From contig OZ240684.1 in assembly GCA_965199175.1 (NCBI GenBank), positions 1,448,565-1,512,564 of the forward strand: 64,000 nucleotides of DNA, written 5' to 3'. Positions 28,268 to 38,352 of the stretch are shown piece by piece. Position 1 is the first letter of the stretch; each line of letters begins with the position of its first letter. The notes under the pieces are model-generated. The model was not told where the DNA came from. It made no database searches and was given only the letters and a program-made list of their open reading frames with translations. Source of the stretch: Alphaproteobacteria bacterium (GTDB taxonomy: Bacteria > Pseudomonadota > Alphaproteobacteria > G963923945). A program made the translations under genes and the position numbers.

Positions 28268-29557
28268 TCAGGCCCGGCGGGCCTCATCCAAAGAGCGCAT
28301 ACCAGGACGTTTGGATTGCACCAGAACCGCCATATTGCCGGGCTTATGCTCATTATTCATCATCTTGGTATGGGATTTTGGAATATCCGCCCAGGAGAAA
28401 ACCTCCGACATACAGGGATCAATCCGCCGCTCAATCACCAATCTGTTGGCCTGGCTGGCCTGTTTGAGATTAGCAAAATGGCTGCCCTGAATACGCTTCT
28501 GCCGCATCCAGACAAAACGGGCATCCATGGTCAGATTATAGCCAGTGGTCCCGGCACAAAAAACCACCATACCCCCACGTTTGACAATAAAGGCACTGAC
28601 CGGAAACGTCATTTCACCGGGATGCTCAAACACCACATCAACATCATTGCCTTTGCCGGTGATATCCCAGATTGCACGTCCAAATTCGCGCACCTTCTTG
28701 CTGTAGGCGTTATAGGCTTGGACATCATTGACCTCCGGCAGCCGTCCCCAACAATCAAAATCTTTACGGTTGAGAACCGCCTTAGCACCAAGCTGCATCA
28801 CAAAATCACGTTTATCTTCCTCAGAGATCACCCCGATAGCATTGGCCCCGGCTGTTGCAATCAACTGAACCGCCATCGAACCAATACCACCGGAAGCGCC
28901 CCATACCAGAACATTATGCCCTGGTCTGAGAACATGCGGACGATGACCGAATAACATACGGTAGGACGTCGCCAATGTAAGGGTATAACAGCCGCTTTCT
29001 TCCCAGGTCAGATGCTGTGGTCGCGGCATGAGCTGGCGGGCCTGGGCCAGGGTAAATTGTGCAAAGGAACCATCGGCAGTCTCATATCCCCAAATACGCT
29101 GAGTCGGCGAAAACATCGGATCACCGCCATTACATTCCTCATCATCACCATCATCCTGGTTACAATGAATGACCACTTCATCACCAACTTTCCAGCGGGT
29201 GACCTGGTCACCGACCGCCCAGACAATCCCGGAAGCATCAGAACCGGCAATATGGTAATCTTTTTTATGGACATCCATCACCGAGACCGGCTTGCCTAAA
29301 GACGCCCAGACACCATTATAATTCACTCCTGAGGCCATCACCATGACCAAAACATCATGGCCGGTCGGGCGCGGCGTTGGCATACGCTCAACCTGCATGG
29401 CCTGTTCCGGTGGCCCTTCGCGATCACGGCGGATAACCCAGGCATACATTTCATCGGGAACATAGCCGAGGGGCGGAATCTCACCGATTTCATAAATATT
29501 TTTTTCGACCTGACTGTCGTTAGCGGCAAGAGCCGCAGCTGTTCCACTCATATGCAT
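28268..29557 (-). CDS. ccr: Crotonyl-CoA carboxylase/reductase
   Basis: 429 aa MDR-family protein. The N-terminus IYEIGEIPPLGYVPDEMYAWVIRRDREGPPEQAMQVE closely matches the characteristic Ccr N-terminus. Divergent from ecm. Confidence 0.88.
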   Translation of the reverse strand: MHMSGTAAALAANDSQVEKNIYEIGEIPPLGYVPDEMYAWVIRRDREGPPEQAMQVERMPTPRPTGHDVLVMVMASGVNYNGVWASLGKPVSVMDVHKKDYHIAGSDASGIVWAVGDQVTRWKVGDEVVIHCNQDDGDDEECNGGDPMFSPTQRIWGYETADGSFAQFTLAQARQLMPRPQHLTWEESGCYTLTLATSYRMLFGHRPHVLRPGHNVLVWGASGGIGSMAVQLIATAGANAIGVISEEDKRDFVMQLGAKAVLNRKDFDCWGRLPEVNDVQAYNAYSKKVREFGRAIWDITGKGNDVDVVFEHPGEMTFPVSAFIVKRGGMVVFCAGTTGYNLTMDARFVWMRQKRIQGSHFANLKQASQANRLVIERRIDPCMSEVFSWADIPKSHTKMMNNEHKPGNMAVLVQSKRPGMRSLDEARRA

Positions 29558-29607
29558 CCACTCCGTAATTAACCGTTATTCGTAGAGATATTGGTAAAAA
29601 TCTTTAT

Positions 29608-29646
29608 ACTGAAACCGCGTACTGAAACCGCGTACTCAAACCGCGA
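29608..29646. repeat. Tandem repeat, 13 bp x3, in the ccr/ecm divergent region
   Basis: actgaaaccgcgt / actgaaaccgcgt / actcaaaccgcga. Confidence 0.95.
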
Positions 29647-29718
29647 GAACCAATGCGGAAAAATGATGATGTCGTTTTTCATGCTCAATCACTTTGTCAT
29701 ACTCAAAATTTTGTCACA

Positions 29719-29748
29719 TCCAAAACAATGTCGTCCAAAACAATGCCA
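29719..29748. repeat. Tandem duplication, 15 bp x2
   Basis: tccaaaacaatgtcg / tccaaaacaatgcca. Confidence 0.9.
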
Positions 29749-29917
29749 TACCCAAAATAATATCAATCCTGACAGCCATCATCCCCACAGGGAACATCCT
29801 ATTTAGCGTCAGTGACTCTTTTTCGCAATGCACAATATGCATTATTATTATATGATCAATGATCATTTATGCTTGCGTCGAATCATCAAGCGGGGAAAAT
29901 TCAGGCCATGACACAGT

Positions 29918-30006
29918 CAAAAACAGCTCACGCAAAAACAACTCACGCAAAAACAGCTCACGGAAAATCTGTTTCCGGCCAAACATCCGCCGACACATCC
30001 GCCGAC
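29918..30006. repeat. 15 bp x3 and 12 bp x2 tandem repeats just upstream of the conserved ecm start
   Basis: caaaaacagctcacg / caaaaacaactcacg / caaaaacagctcacg (29918-29962), and acatccgccgac x2 (29983-30006). Confidence 0.95.
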
Positions 30007-30033
30007 ACCAAAGCCGGTGATCCCGATCTTGCA

Positions 30034-32019
30034 ATGCCGCAACGCGACCGTCCCTGGGTGATCCGGACCTATTCCGGCCATTCTTCGGCCAAAGCATCCA
30101 ATGCGCTTTACCGGACCAATTTATCCAAGGGCCAGACCGGGCTTTCGGTTGCTTTCGATCTCCCGACCCAGACCGGTTATGATTCCGACCACCCGTTATC
30201 ACAAGGCGAAGTCGGTAAAGTCGGGGTGCCAATCAATCATCTCGGCGATATGCGGACCTTATTCACCGATATTCCGCTTGCCCGTATGAATACATCCATG
30301 ACCATCAATGCTACGGCTGCCTGGTTGCTCTCTCTTTATATCGCGGTTGCCGAAGAACAGGGAGCAGCACGGGCGGATCTGGCCGGAACCACTCAAAATG
30401 ACCTGATCAAGGAATATCTGTCCCGCGGCACATACATCTTTCCGCCACAACCAAGCCTCAGACTAACCACCGATATCATCCGTTTTACCACCGCCGAGAT
30501 GCCGAAATGGAATCCGACCAATGTGTGCTCCTATCATTTACAGGAAGCCGGGGCCACTCCGGTCCAGGAATTGGCGTATGCACTGGCCACCGCGACCGCC
30601 GTCCTTGATCACTTGCGCGAATCAGAGGATTTTGACCCGGAGATTTTCCCGGCCACGGTCGGCCGCATGAGCTTCTTTGTCAATGCCGGGATCCGATTTG
30701 TAACCGAGCTGTGTAAAATGCGGGCATTTGTCGATCTCTGGGATGAAATCTGCCAGGAACGCTACGGCATCAAAGACCCTAAATACCGCCGCTTCCGTTA
30801 TGGAGTACAGGTCAATTCCCTGGGGCTGACCGAACAACAGCCGGAAAATAACGTCTACCGTATTCTGATTGAAATGCTGGCGGTTGTCCTTTCCAAACGC
30901 TCCCGCGCCCGGGCGATACAATTACCAGCCTGGAATGAAGCCCTTGGTCTGCCACGTCCCTGGGATCAACAATGGAGCTTGCGTCTTCAGCAAATCATGG
31001 CCCTGGAAACCGATTTACTGGAATTCGGCGATCTCTTCGATGGCTCTCGGGTGATTGATGCCAAAGTCGATGAACTGAAAAGCGAAGCCAAAGCCGAATT
31101 GGCCAGAATTGATGCCATGGGCGGGGTGGTGGCGGCCATCGAATCCAGCTATATGAAACAACGTTTGGTTGAATCCAACGCCCATCGTCTGGCAGAAATT
31201 GAATCCGGTTCACAACAAGTGGTCGGTGTGAACTGCTTTACCCAAAGTGAATCCTCACCTCTGGTCAATGCCGATGATGGCGGCGTCATGACCGTCGACC
31301 CGGCGGCTGAAAAGCAACAAATTGATACATTGCGTGATTGGCGGCATCAACGTAACGACACTATGGTCAAACAAGCCCTGAATGAACTGGCCCAGGCCGC
31401 ATCCCAGGGGCGTAACATTATGCCGCCCTCCATTGCATGCGCCCGGGCCGGGGTGACCACCGGTGAATGGGCTGATGTTATGCGTCAGACATTTGGTGAA
31501 TACCGGGCACCCACCGGGGTTGGCAGTGCCGTTGGTTTGGCTGATGCTGAAAGCAACGCCTTTGTCACCTTACGTAACCGGGTGGAGGATGTCTCCCAAC
31601 GGCTGGGAAGGCGCATCAAGATGCTGGTTGGCAAACCCGGTCTTGATGGTCACTCCAACGGGGCTGAACAAATTGCTGTGCGGGCCCGCGATGCCGGTTT
31701 TGAAGTGGTTTATGAAGGAATCCGCCTCACCCCGGCCCAAATCGCCAACACCGCTCTGGAGGAAGGCGTCCATGTGGTGGGGTTGTCAATCCTGTCGGGG
31801 TCTCATATCCAGCTGGTCAATGCGGTGATGAAACATATGCGGGCTTTGGGTCTTGAAAATATTCCGGTGATCGCCGGGGGGATTATCCCGCCCAAAGACG
31901 CCGAAATACTCAAAAAATCCGGCGTTACAGCCATTTATACCCCGAAAAATTTCCGCCTGTCCGAGATCATGTCCGATATTATCGATATCGTTGATTCTTC
32001 GCATCAGGAAGCTGCTTAA
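30034..32019 (+). CDS. ecm: Ethylmalonyl-CoA mutase (B12-dependent, MeaA/Ecm type)
   Basis: MPQRDRPWVIRTYSGHSSAKASNALYRTNLSKGQTGLSVAFDLPTQTGYD plus a C-terminal B12-binding domain (GLDGHSNGAEQIAV). The ORF track extends upstream to 29869 through repeat sequence; the start at 30034 fits the conserved N-terminus. Confidence 0.85.
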   Translation: MPQRDRPWVIRTYSGHSSAKASNALYRTNLSKGQTGLSVAFDLPTQTGYDSDHPLSQGEVGKVGVPINHLGDMRTLFTDIPLARMNTSMTINATAAWLLSLYIAVAEEQGAARADLAGTTQNDLIKEYLSRGTYIFPPQPSLRLTTDIIRFTTAEMPKWNPTNVCSYHLQEAGATPVQELAYALATATAVLDHLRESEDFDPEIFPATVGRMSFFVNAGIRFVTELCKMRAFVDLWDEICQERYGIKDPKYRRFRYGVQVNSLGLTEQQPENNVYRILIEMLAVVLSKRSRARAIQLPAWNEALGLPRPWDQQWSLRLQQIMALETDLLEFGDLFDGSRVIDAKVDELKSEAKAELARIDAMGGVVAAIESSYMKQRLVESNAHRLAEIESGSQQVVGVNCFTQSESSPLVNADDGGVMTVDPAAEKQQIDTLRDWRHQRNDTMVKQALNELAQAASQGRNIMPPSIACARAGVTTGEWADVMRQTFGEYRAPTGVGSAVGLADAESNAFVTLRNRVEDVSQRLGRRIKMLVGKPGLDGHSNGAEQIAVRARDAGFEVVYEGIRLTPAQIANTALEEGVHVVGLSILSGSHIQLVNAVMKHMRALGLENIPVIAGGIIPPKDAEILKKSGVTAIYTPKNFRLSEIMSDIIDIVDSSHQEAA

Positions 32020-32332
32020 CCACAGCAATGAACCAGTAGGCTGAACAGTAACGGTATCGATACGACTCCCAACAGAGAGAATACACCCAACAGACTTCGG
32101 GTTTACGCAAAACACGACTACCCGAACATCCCGAAGCATCGGCAGACCCCTGGTCAGCCCGATCCATGCCACAACGCCGACTGCCTGAATATACGCGCCA
32201 GCACCCAACATGATGCCGCATGGTCATATGCGCTCACGGGGAAAAAGGGGTCGGATCACCGTATCCCTGATCATCTGAACTCTGCTCTATCCTGGCTTGC
32301 TTTTACCGACATCCGCACGCAAAGTGATACTC

Positions 32333-33274
32333 ATGACATCCCTGTCCCGCTGGATTGATCTGTGTAACTGCTATGACCTGGACGCATATGTCCCGTTTCA
32401 GATCGATTCGTGGTCAGTTGGCTATGTCGCCAAAACGACCCTGCCGGCCCTGACCGGTTATCCGGGAATCCTCCATATCGATGCCAACCACATCATTTTG
32501 GACCCCGGCTTATCCAGCTCAGCCGACAGAACCCAGGCTCTGGCCGGGATCACCACCGACCTGATCAAACGCGGCCTGATTGCCTATTGGCGGGATGAAC
32601 AATACCCGGTTTTCAAACGCAATGCGTTGGCCGATTGTCAGCCCGGGCACTCTCCCGAACTCCCCGATTTTGAATCAGAACCCCTGTTCCTGGTTGATCG
32701 CGGTGCCGTGCAATTTTTTGGCTTTCCGGCCTGGGGCATTCATCTTAACGGGTTTATCCGGGGCAAAAACACTGCATCCAAACCCCGTTCAGCCAATGGC
32801 AGAGTAGCCGGTATCTGGTCAGCCCGCCGGGCTCAGGATCGTATTATGAATCCCGGTAAACTCGATAATATGGTTGCCGGGGGTCAGCCCTGGGGGTTGT
32901 CGTTTGCTGCCAATTTAGCCAAAGAAGCCCGGGAAGAGGCCAATATCGATACAAAGATGATTGCCCGGGCCCGTCCAGCCTCTCTGATTGCTTACTGCAT
33001 CACCACCAAAGAAGGTCTCAGCCCGGCAACCATGGCCTGCTATGACCTGGAATTACCAGACGATTTTCACCCCTCTTGTACCGATGGTGAAATTGAGCAT
33101 TTTCATCTCTGGAGTCCGGAGGAAACAAGACGCCTGGTTTCTCAAACCGATGAATTCAAGCCCAATGCCAATCTCTGTACACTTGATTTTCTGCTCCGCC
33201 ATGATGCCATTCCCACCGACCATCCTGATTACCCAATCCTACAGGCCCGTTTTGGTCATTTGAGACCATTTTAG
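32333..33274 (+). CDS. Nudix-family hydrolase with an N-terminal extension domain
   Basis: Nudix-box-like AGGQPWGLSFAANLAKEAREEANI. ATG at 32333; an upstream in-frame TTG lies at 32297. Confidence 0.6.
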   Translation: MTSLSRWIDLCNCYDLDAYVPFQIDSWSVGYVAKTTLPALTGYPGILHIDANHIILDPGLSSSADRTQALAGITTDLIKRGLIAYWRDEQYPVFKRNALADCQPGHSPELPDFESEPLFLVDRGAVQFFGFPAWGIHLNGFIRGKNTASKPRSANGRVAGIWSARRAQDRIMNPGKLDNMVAGGQPWGLSFAANLAKEAREEANIDTKMIARARPASLIAYCITTKEGLSPATMACYDLELPDDFHPSCTDGEIEHFHLWSPEETRRLVSQTDEFKPNANLCTLDFLLRHDAIPTDHPDYPILQARFGHLRPF

Positions 33275-33296
33275 GAGACTTGCTTTGAAAAAAAAG

Positions 33297-34697
33297 CTAC
33301 GCCAGGGCTTTGACAATGCTATCAACCATTTTCTTAGCATCGGAAAACAGCATCATGGTGTTATCGCGGAAAAATAATTCGTTTTGTACACCCGCATAGC
33401 CAGAAGCCATTGAGCGTTTGACAAACAACACCGCCCCGGCTTTCTCAACATCCAGAATCGGCATCCCATAAATCGGGCTGGTCGGATCAGTTTTGGCTGC
33501 CGGATTGGTTATGTCATTGGCTCCAATGACAAAAACCGCATCAGTGGTGCTGAAATCAGCATTGATATCATCCAGCTCAAAAACTTCATCATATCCAACA
33601 TTGGCTTCCGCTAAGAGGACATTCATATGCCCAGGCATACGTCCGGCCACCGGATGGATGGCGTAACGCACTTCGACCCCTTTGTTTTTCAAAACATCCG
33701 CCATCTCACGCACGGCATGCTGAGCCTGAGCCACCGCCATGCCATAGCCCGGCACAATGATCACCGAACCGGCATTACCCAGGATAAAGGCTGCATCATC
33801 TGCGCTGCCTGATTTGACCGGACGTTCTTCCTGCACCCCAGCAGGGGCTGCTCCTTCTTCAGCCCCAAAACCACCCAGAATAACGCTCACAAAGGAACGA
33901 TTCATGCCCTTACACATGATATAGCTGAGAATGGCCCCCGAAGCCCCGACCAGGGCACCAACCACAATCAATAAGGTATTGGATAAGGTAAAACCAATAC
34001 CAGCAGCCGCCCAGCCAGAATAGGAATTGAGCATCGAAACCACAACCGGCATATCCGCGCCACCGATGGGAATAATAATCAGGACACCAAGCGCAAATGC
34101 CAACAGTGTCGCGGCCCAAAAAGCCATCCGGGGCTCAGGTTGCAGAACCGAAAAAAGAACCAGCAACGCCACAATAACCAAGCCAACACACAGATTAACC
34201 ATATGTTGCCCCCGGAACGTCACCGGAGCACCGCTGACCAATCCCTGCAATTTGGCAAATGCCACAACCGATCCAGTGAATGTCATCGCCCCAATTACCG
34301 CACCCAGACTCATCTCGACCCGGCTGATGGTGGCGATGGAACCCACATCACCAATCCCGTAAGCCCCGGGATTATAAAGGGCAGCCGCCGCCACCAAAAC
34401 CGCCGCCAACCCGACCAGGCTGTGGAAAGCAGCCACCAGTTGGGGCAAAGCGGTCATATCAATCCGTAAGGCAATCACCGCCCCAATGACACCACCAATC
34501 AAAATCCCCAGGAAGATCAAACCATAGGATTCAACCCCTGGCTGAATCAAGGTGGCCACAATCGCGATGGTCATCCCGGCGATACCGATCCAGTTCCCAC
34601 GCCGGGCCGTTTCCGGATGTGCTAAGCCACGCAAAGCAAAAACACAGCATACCGCCGCAACCAAATACGCCAAAGCAATCAGGCTGGCTGTCGTCAT
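33297..34697 (-). CDS. pntB: NAD(P) transhydrogenase subunit beta
   Basis: 466 aa polytopic N-terminus plus dIII (VIIVPGYGMAVAQAQH...AGRMPGHMNVLLAEA). Confidence 0.95.
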   Translation of the reverse strand: MTTASLIALAYLVAAVCCVFALRGLAHPETARRGNWIGIAGMTIAIVATLIQPGVESYGLIFLGILIGGVIGAVIALRIDMTALPQLVAAFHSLVGLAAVLVAAAALYNPGAYGIGDVGSIATISRVEMSLGAVIGAMTFTGSVVAFAKLQGLVSGAPVTFRGQHMVNLCVGLVIVALLVLFSVLQPEPRMAFWAATLLAFALGVLIIIPIGGADMPVVVSMLNSYSGWAAAGIGFTLSNTLLIVVGALVGASGAILSYIMCKGMNRSFVSVILGGFGAEEGAAPAGVQEERPVKSGSADDAAFILGNAGSVIIVPGYGMAVAQAQHAVREMADVLKNKGVEVRYAIHPVAGRMPGHMNVLLAEANVGYDEVFELDDINADFSTTDAVFVIGANDITNPAAKTDPTSPIYGMPILDVEKAGAVLFVKRSMASGYAGVQNELFFRDNTMMLFSDAKKMVDSIVKALA

Positions 34698-35155
34698 GTG
34701 CTTTTTCCCCGGTGAGGCTTTTTCTTAAACATCGCCAACATCCGGTGGCTAACGATAAAACCGCCAAAAATATTGATGGATGCCAGAATAATCGCCGCAA
34801 AGCCCAAAAGCGGTGCGATATGATGATCACCCGTCTCCCCGGTCATCCCGTCGAAGGAAACCAGCCCGGCAGCCAGTAATGCGCCAACAATGATCACACT
34901 GGAAATCGCGTTGGTAACCGCCATCAGAGGGGAATGTAAGGCCGGAGTAACCCCCCAGACAACATAATACCCGATAATCACCGCCAAAGCGAAAACAGTC
35001 AAAGCCGTCACCAAAGGATCAGTGCCGATTGAAGAAGACCCCGTATGGGCCAGAGCATATGCAGTTTCACGGGCTAAATTGCCCGCCTCCTGAGCCAAAG
35101 CATCAGCCTGTTCAGCAAGGGCAGCAGCCCGCTCTCCTAAAGATTGCGTTGCCAT
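34694..35155 (-). CDS. pntAB: NAD(P) transhydrogenase subunit alpha part 2 (membrane, PntAB)
   Basis: 153 aa. The C-terminal part has 3-4 TM helices (ISSVIIVGALL...INIFGGFIVSHRML). Its stop overlaps the pntB start. Split-alpha organisation as in Rhodospirillum. Confidence 0.88.
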   Translation of the reverse strand: MATQSLGERAAALAEQADALAQEAGNLARETAYALAHTGSSSIGTDPLVTALTVFALAVIIGYYVVWGVTPALHSPLMAVTNAISSVIIVGALLAAGLVSFDGMTGETGDHHIAPLLGFAAIILASINIFGGFIVSHRMLAMFKKKPHRGKST

Positions 35156-35158
35156 AGA

Positions 35159-36511
35159 TTATCGTCCTTTCCTGACCACCGTGCGGGCCGGTTTCTTCGG
35201 TGCCGGTTTTTTTGCTTTTGTCATATTGGTGGATTTTGCTGCGGCTTTTGTGACTGGTTTTTTGGGTGCCGGTTTTTTGGGTGGAGGTCTTTTTGAAGCC
35301 ACCTTCTTCTGAGCCGTCCTTTTCTGAACCGGCTTTTTGGAGGCTGGTCTGGCTCGCCGGCCAGCAACCGAAAAATCAGGATGAACAATCCGGCCAGAGC
35401 GGGTAAGACAAGTGGCACGCACAATATCATCCGACCAATCGATCCTGAGCTTCCCCCCTTCATCAATCAGTGGCTTCAAAAAAGCCAGGACATTGCGGGC
35501 ATACAGCATACTGGCATCAGCAGCCAGCCGCCCTGGCGGGTTGAGAGGAGCCATCACCCGTACACCATGCTGAACCACTGTACGCCCGGCTTGCGATACA
35601 GCACAATTCCCGCCGGCCTCAATCGCTAAATCGACAATAACTGAGCCTGGTTTCATTCCCCGGACCATCTCCTCAGTCATCAAGACAGGTGCCGGCTTTC
35701 CGGGAATCAGAGCCGTGGAAATAACCATATCCGCACCAGCAAGGGCAGTCGCAATCTCCTGAGCTTGCCTGCGCTGATAGTCATCACTCATTTCCCTGGC
35801 ATATCCACCGGCAGTCTCAGCCTGAGCAGATGCTGTATCTTCAACTTCAATAAATTTGGCCCCCAGGCTTTCAACTTGTTCCCTGGCTGCCGGGCGCACA
35901 TCAAAAGCCGAAACCACCGCACCCAATCTCCGGGCTGTTGCAATCGCCTGCAACCCGGCAACCCCAGCCCCAAGAATCAAAACCCTGGCCGGCGAAACAG
36001 CACCAGCAGCCGTCATCATCATTGGCAGTGCCCGGTCATAAAGCGCGGCGGCATCAATGACTGCTTTATATCCAGCTAAATTACTCTGCGATGACAAGGC
36101 ATCCGCACTTTGAGCACGGGTAATACGCGGCATCAGATCCATCGCAAACGCTGTTACCCCGGCCTTGGCAAGGCGACCGGGAAGACCCGGATTCCGGGCC
36201 GGATCCAGCAACGCAACCAGAACAGCTTTTTTCCTGATTGCCGCCAGTTCATCAGGTCCACGCCCTGCACTGAGGGGAGCACGCAGCTTCAAAACGATAT
36301 CAGCATCCTTGAGAACCGCTGTGGCCGAACGCATCACGACAGCCCCTGCTGACTCAAAGGCATCGTCAGAAACAGATGCTCCAACCCCGGCCCCGGCCTC
36401 AATCACAACTGAACAACCAAGGTCGCGATAGTGGCCAACAGTCTCAGGAGTAACAGCAACACGTGTCTCTCCGGGCCATCGCTCTTTAAGAACAGCGATT
36501 TGCATCAGCAA
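35159..36511 (-). CDS. pntAA: NAD(P) transhydrogenase subunit alpha part 1 (dI, PntAA) with a roughly 70-aa Lys/Pro-rich C-terminal tail
   Basis: MQIAVLKERWPGETRVAVTPE..., Rossmann motif VLILGAGVAGLQAIATARRLGA, then a tail ...KKPVQKRTAQKKVASKRPPPKKPAPKKPVTKAAAKSTNMTKAKKPAPKKPARTVVRKGR. Confidence 0.9.
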   Translation of the reverse strand: MLMQIAVLKERWPGETRVAVTPETVGHYRDLGCSVVIEAGAGVGASVSDDAFESAGAVVMRSATAVLKDADIVLKLRAPLSAGRGPDELAAIRKKAVLVALLDPARNPGLPGRLAKAGVTAFAMDLMPRITRAQSADALSSQSNLAGYKAVIDAAALYDRALPMMMTAAGAVSPARVLILGAGVAGLQAIATARRLGAVVSAFDVRPAAREQVESLGAKFIEVEDTASAQAETAGGYAREMSDDYQRRQAQEIATALAGADMVISTALIPGKPAPVLMTEEMVRGMKPGSVIVDLAIEAGGNCAVSQAGRTVVQHGVRVMAPLNPPGRLAADASMLYARNVLAFLKPLIDEGGKLRIDWSDDIVRATCLTRSGRIVHPDFSVAGRRARPASKKPVQKRTAQKKVASKRPPPKKPAPKKPVTKAAAKSTNMTKAKKPAPKKPARTVVRKGR

Positions 36512-36516
36512 TACCT

Positions 36517-36558
36517 AATCTGAAAAATGAGAAGAATAATCTGAAAAATGAGAGGAAT
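36517..36558. repeat. Tandem duplication, 21 bp x2, upstream of pntAA
   Basis: aatctgaaaaatgagaagaat / aatctgaaaaatgagaggaat, followed by degenerate gagaaat motifs. Confidence 0.9.
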
Positions 36559-37038
36559 GAGAAATAAAAGGAAATGAGAAAATTAAAGAATGTACATGCT
36601 GAGAAAAAACCAAAAAGAGACCGAAAATGACAGAGAAAACAAAAACACCCGATAGTGAATACCAAACATAAAATATTCTTTTTGTTGACCAACCAGATCG
36701 GACTATGCCTCATTCAAAAAACCTTGCCAACCGGTTAATCATCAAATTTTTCAGATTCTGCTCCTGGTTTTTTATTCCTGGTTTTCTGTTTCGGCTTTTG
36801 GGAAGATTCTTTTCCCGCCATCTTTTCGCTGCTCTGTCCTTTTGATATCTTTTCCTCTATATCTTTGCTGAGTATTTCAGCATGATCCGTTCCACTTATT
36901 CAGATCACGCTTATCCCATGTCCCATCCCCCATCGTCACCAACCCTCAGGGATGCCTGAAGCCTTAGCCAAACAGCCTCCGGGAATCGCCACAGCCCGGC
37001 CCCATAGAGCCGATGTGACGCAACATAGTGCTGCCCCC

Positions 37039-38352
37039 ATGCGTCCTGTGCGGGTCCATGTGCTGGTTGATCTGGCCTGGCGACCCGAAGCCGGTGGCCA
37101 TGTCAAATGCTGGGAAGCCTTTGCTCATGCCGCTTTAGAGGTCGCCGATCAGATTGATCTGACCCTACATTTTTCCAGACCCTCCGGTTCAACCCATGGT
37201 CAGAAACCCGTACCCTATGGTCCGATCATAGAAATTGGTCCCCAGACACGTTACCATTTACATCGACCGGTGTTTTCGACTGCCCGCCTGCCTTTCCTTG
37301 ATGCCGCCCCGGATCACACGGATCTCGCGCCCTATCATCCCGGTTTAGCCAAAGCCTTAACCGGAGCCGATGTCATCCATACCACCGATGCTTTTTTCAA
37401 TTTTGCCAAAACAGCCACCCGGGTTGCCAAACGCTCCGGTATTCCTCTGGTGAATTCCATCCATACCGATACCCCGGTTTACACCCGCCAATACACCGCC
37501 GATATTATTCATCAACTGTTCGGGAAAGGATGGATCAGCCGTTTTCTTCTGGGTACCATGGCGGTTGATCAGCGTGGTGAACGCAGCATGCGCCGCAAAC
37601 TGGCCAGGCATCAGGCCCAGGCTGCTTTTGCCCTGCTCAGCCGACCAGAAGATATGGAAGATGCCCTGAGGGTTCTGCCCCCTGAGCGTATCGGCTTTCT
37701 CAGCCGGGGTCTCGATACGATACAGTTTACCCCCCAAAAAAGAGACCGGACCTGGCTGTATGAAGCCTACGGAATTCCCCCTGATGCGGTGGTGCTGCTC
37801 ACTGTGGGACGCATTGATAGCATCAAACGGACATTGATCATCGCGCAGGCAGCCAAAATCCTGATTGATCAGGGATTGCCGCTTTGGTTGGTGTGTGCCG
37901 GGGAAGGACCGGATCGTCCCCATATTGTCACCATGCTGGGGCAACGGGTTCTGTGTCCGGGATTTGTCCCCGCCAACAGCATTGCCCGCCTGGAAGCCAG
38001 TGCTGATATTTTTGCCATGCCATCAAAAAATGAAACCTTCGGTAATGCGGCTGCCGAAGCTCTGGCATCCGGCCTGCCGATCCTGGTCTCAGAAGAAAGC
38101 GGTATGGAACGCCTGCTGGGTGATGGGGCTGGTGGTCTGGTGGTCAATGGCGGGGCAGTTGAATGGGCCAATGCGCTTCGGCCTTTAATCACCGACCGAC
38201 CGGCCCGTATCCGCATGGCCAAAGCCGCGCGCCATACTGCCGAAAAAAGCCTGCCTTCCTGGCTTGAAATTTTGAAACGTGATCTGTTACCAGTCTGGCA
38301 AGCCGCCGCCGGTCAGACCAATATAACAGACCACAATACAGACCAGTTCTGA
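37039..38352 (+). CDS. Glycosyltransferase (GT-B, family 4/1-like)
   Basis: C-terminal motif ADIFAMPSKNETFGNAAAEALASGLPILVSEESG (E-x7-E type). Start chosen at MRPVRVHVLVDL; the ORF track begins at 36952. Confidence 0.8.
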   Translation: MRPVRVHVLVDLAWRPEAGGHVKCWEAFAHAALEVADQIDLTLHFSRPSGSTHGQKPVPYGPIIEIGPQTRYHLHRPVFSTARLPFLDAAPDHTDLAPYHPGLAKALTGADVIHTTDAFFNFAKTATRVAKRSGIPLVNSIHTDTPVYTRQYTADIIHQLFGKGWISRFLLGTMAVDQRGERSMRRKLARHQAQAAFALLSRPEDMEDALRVLPPERIGFLSRGLDTIQFTPQKRDRTWLYEAYGIPPDAVVLLTVGRIDSIKRTLIIAQAAKILIDQGLPLWLVCAGEGPDRPHIVTMLGQRVLCPGFVPANSIARLEASADIFAMPSKNETFGNAAAEALASGLPILVSEESGMERLLGDGAGGLVVNGGAVEWANALRPLITDRPARIRMAKAARHTAEKSLPSWLEILKRDLLPVWQAAAGQTNITDHNTDQF

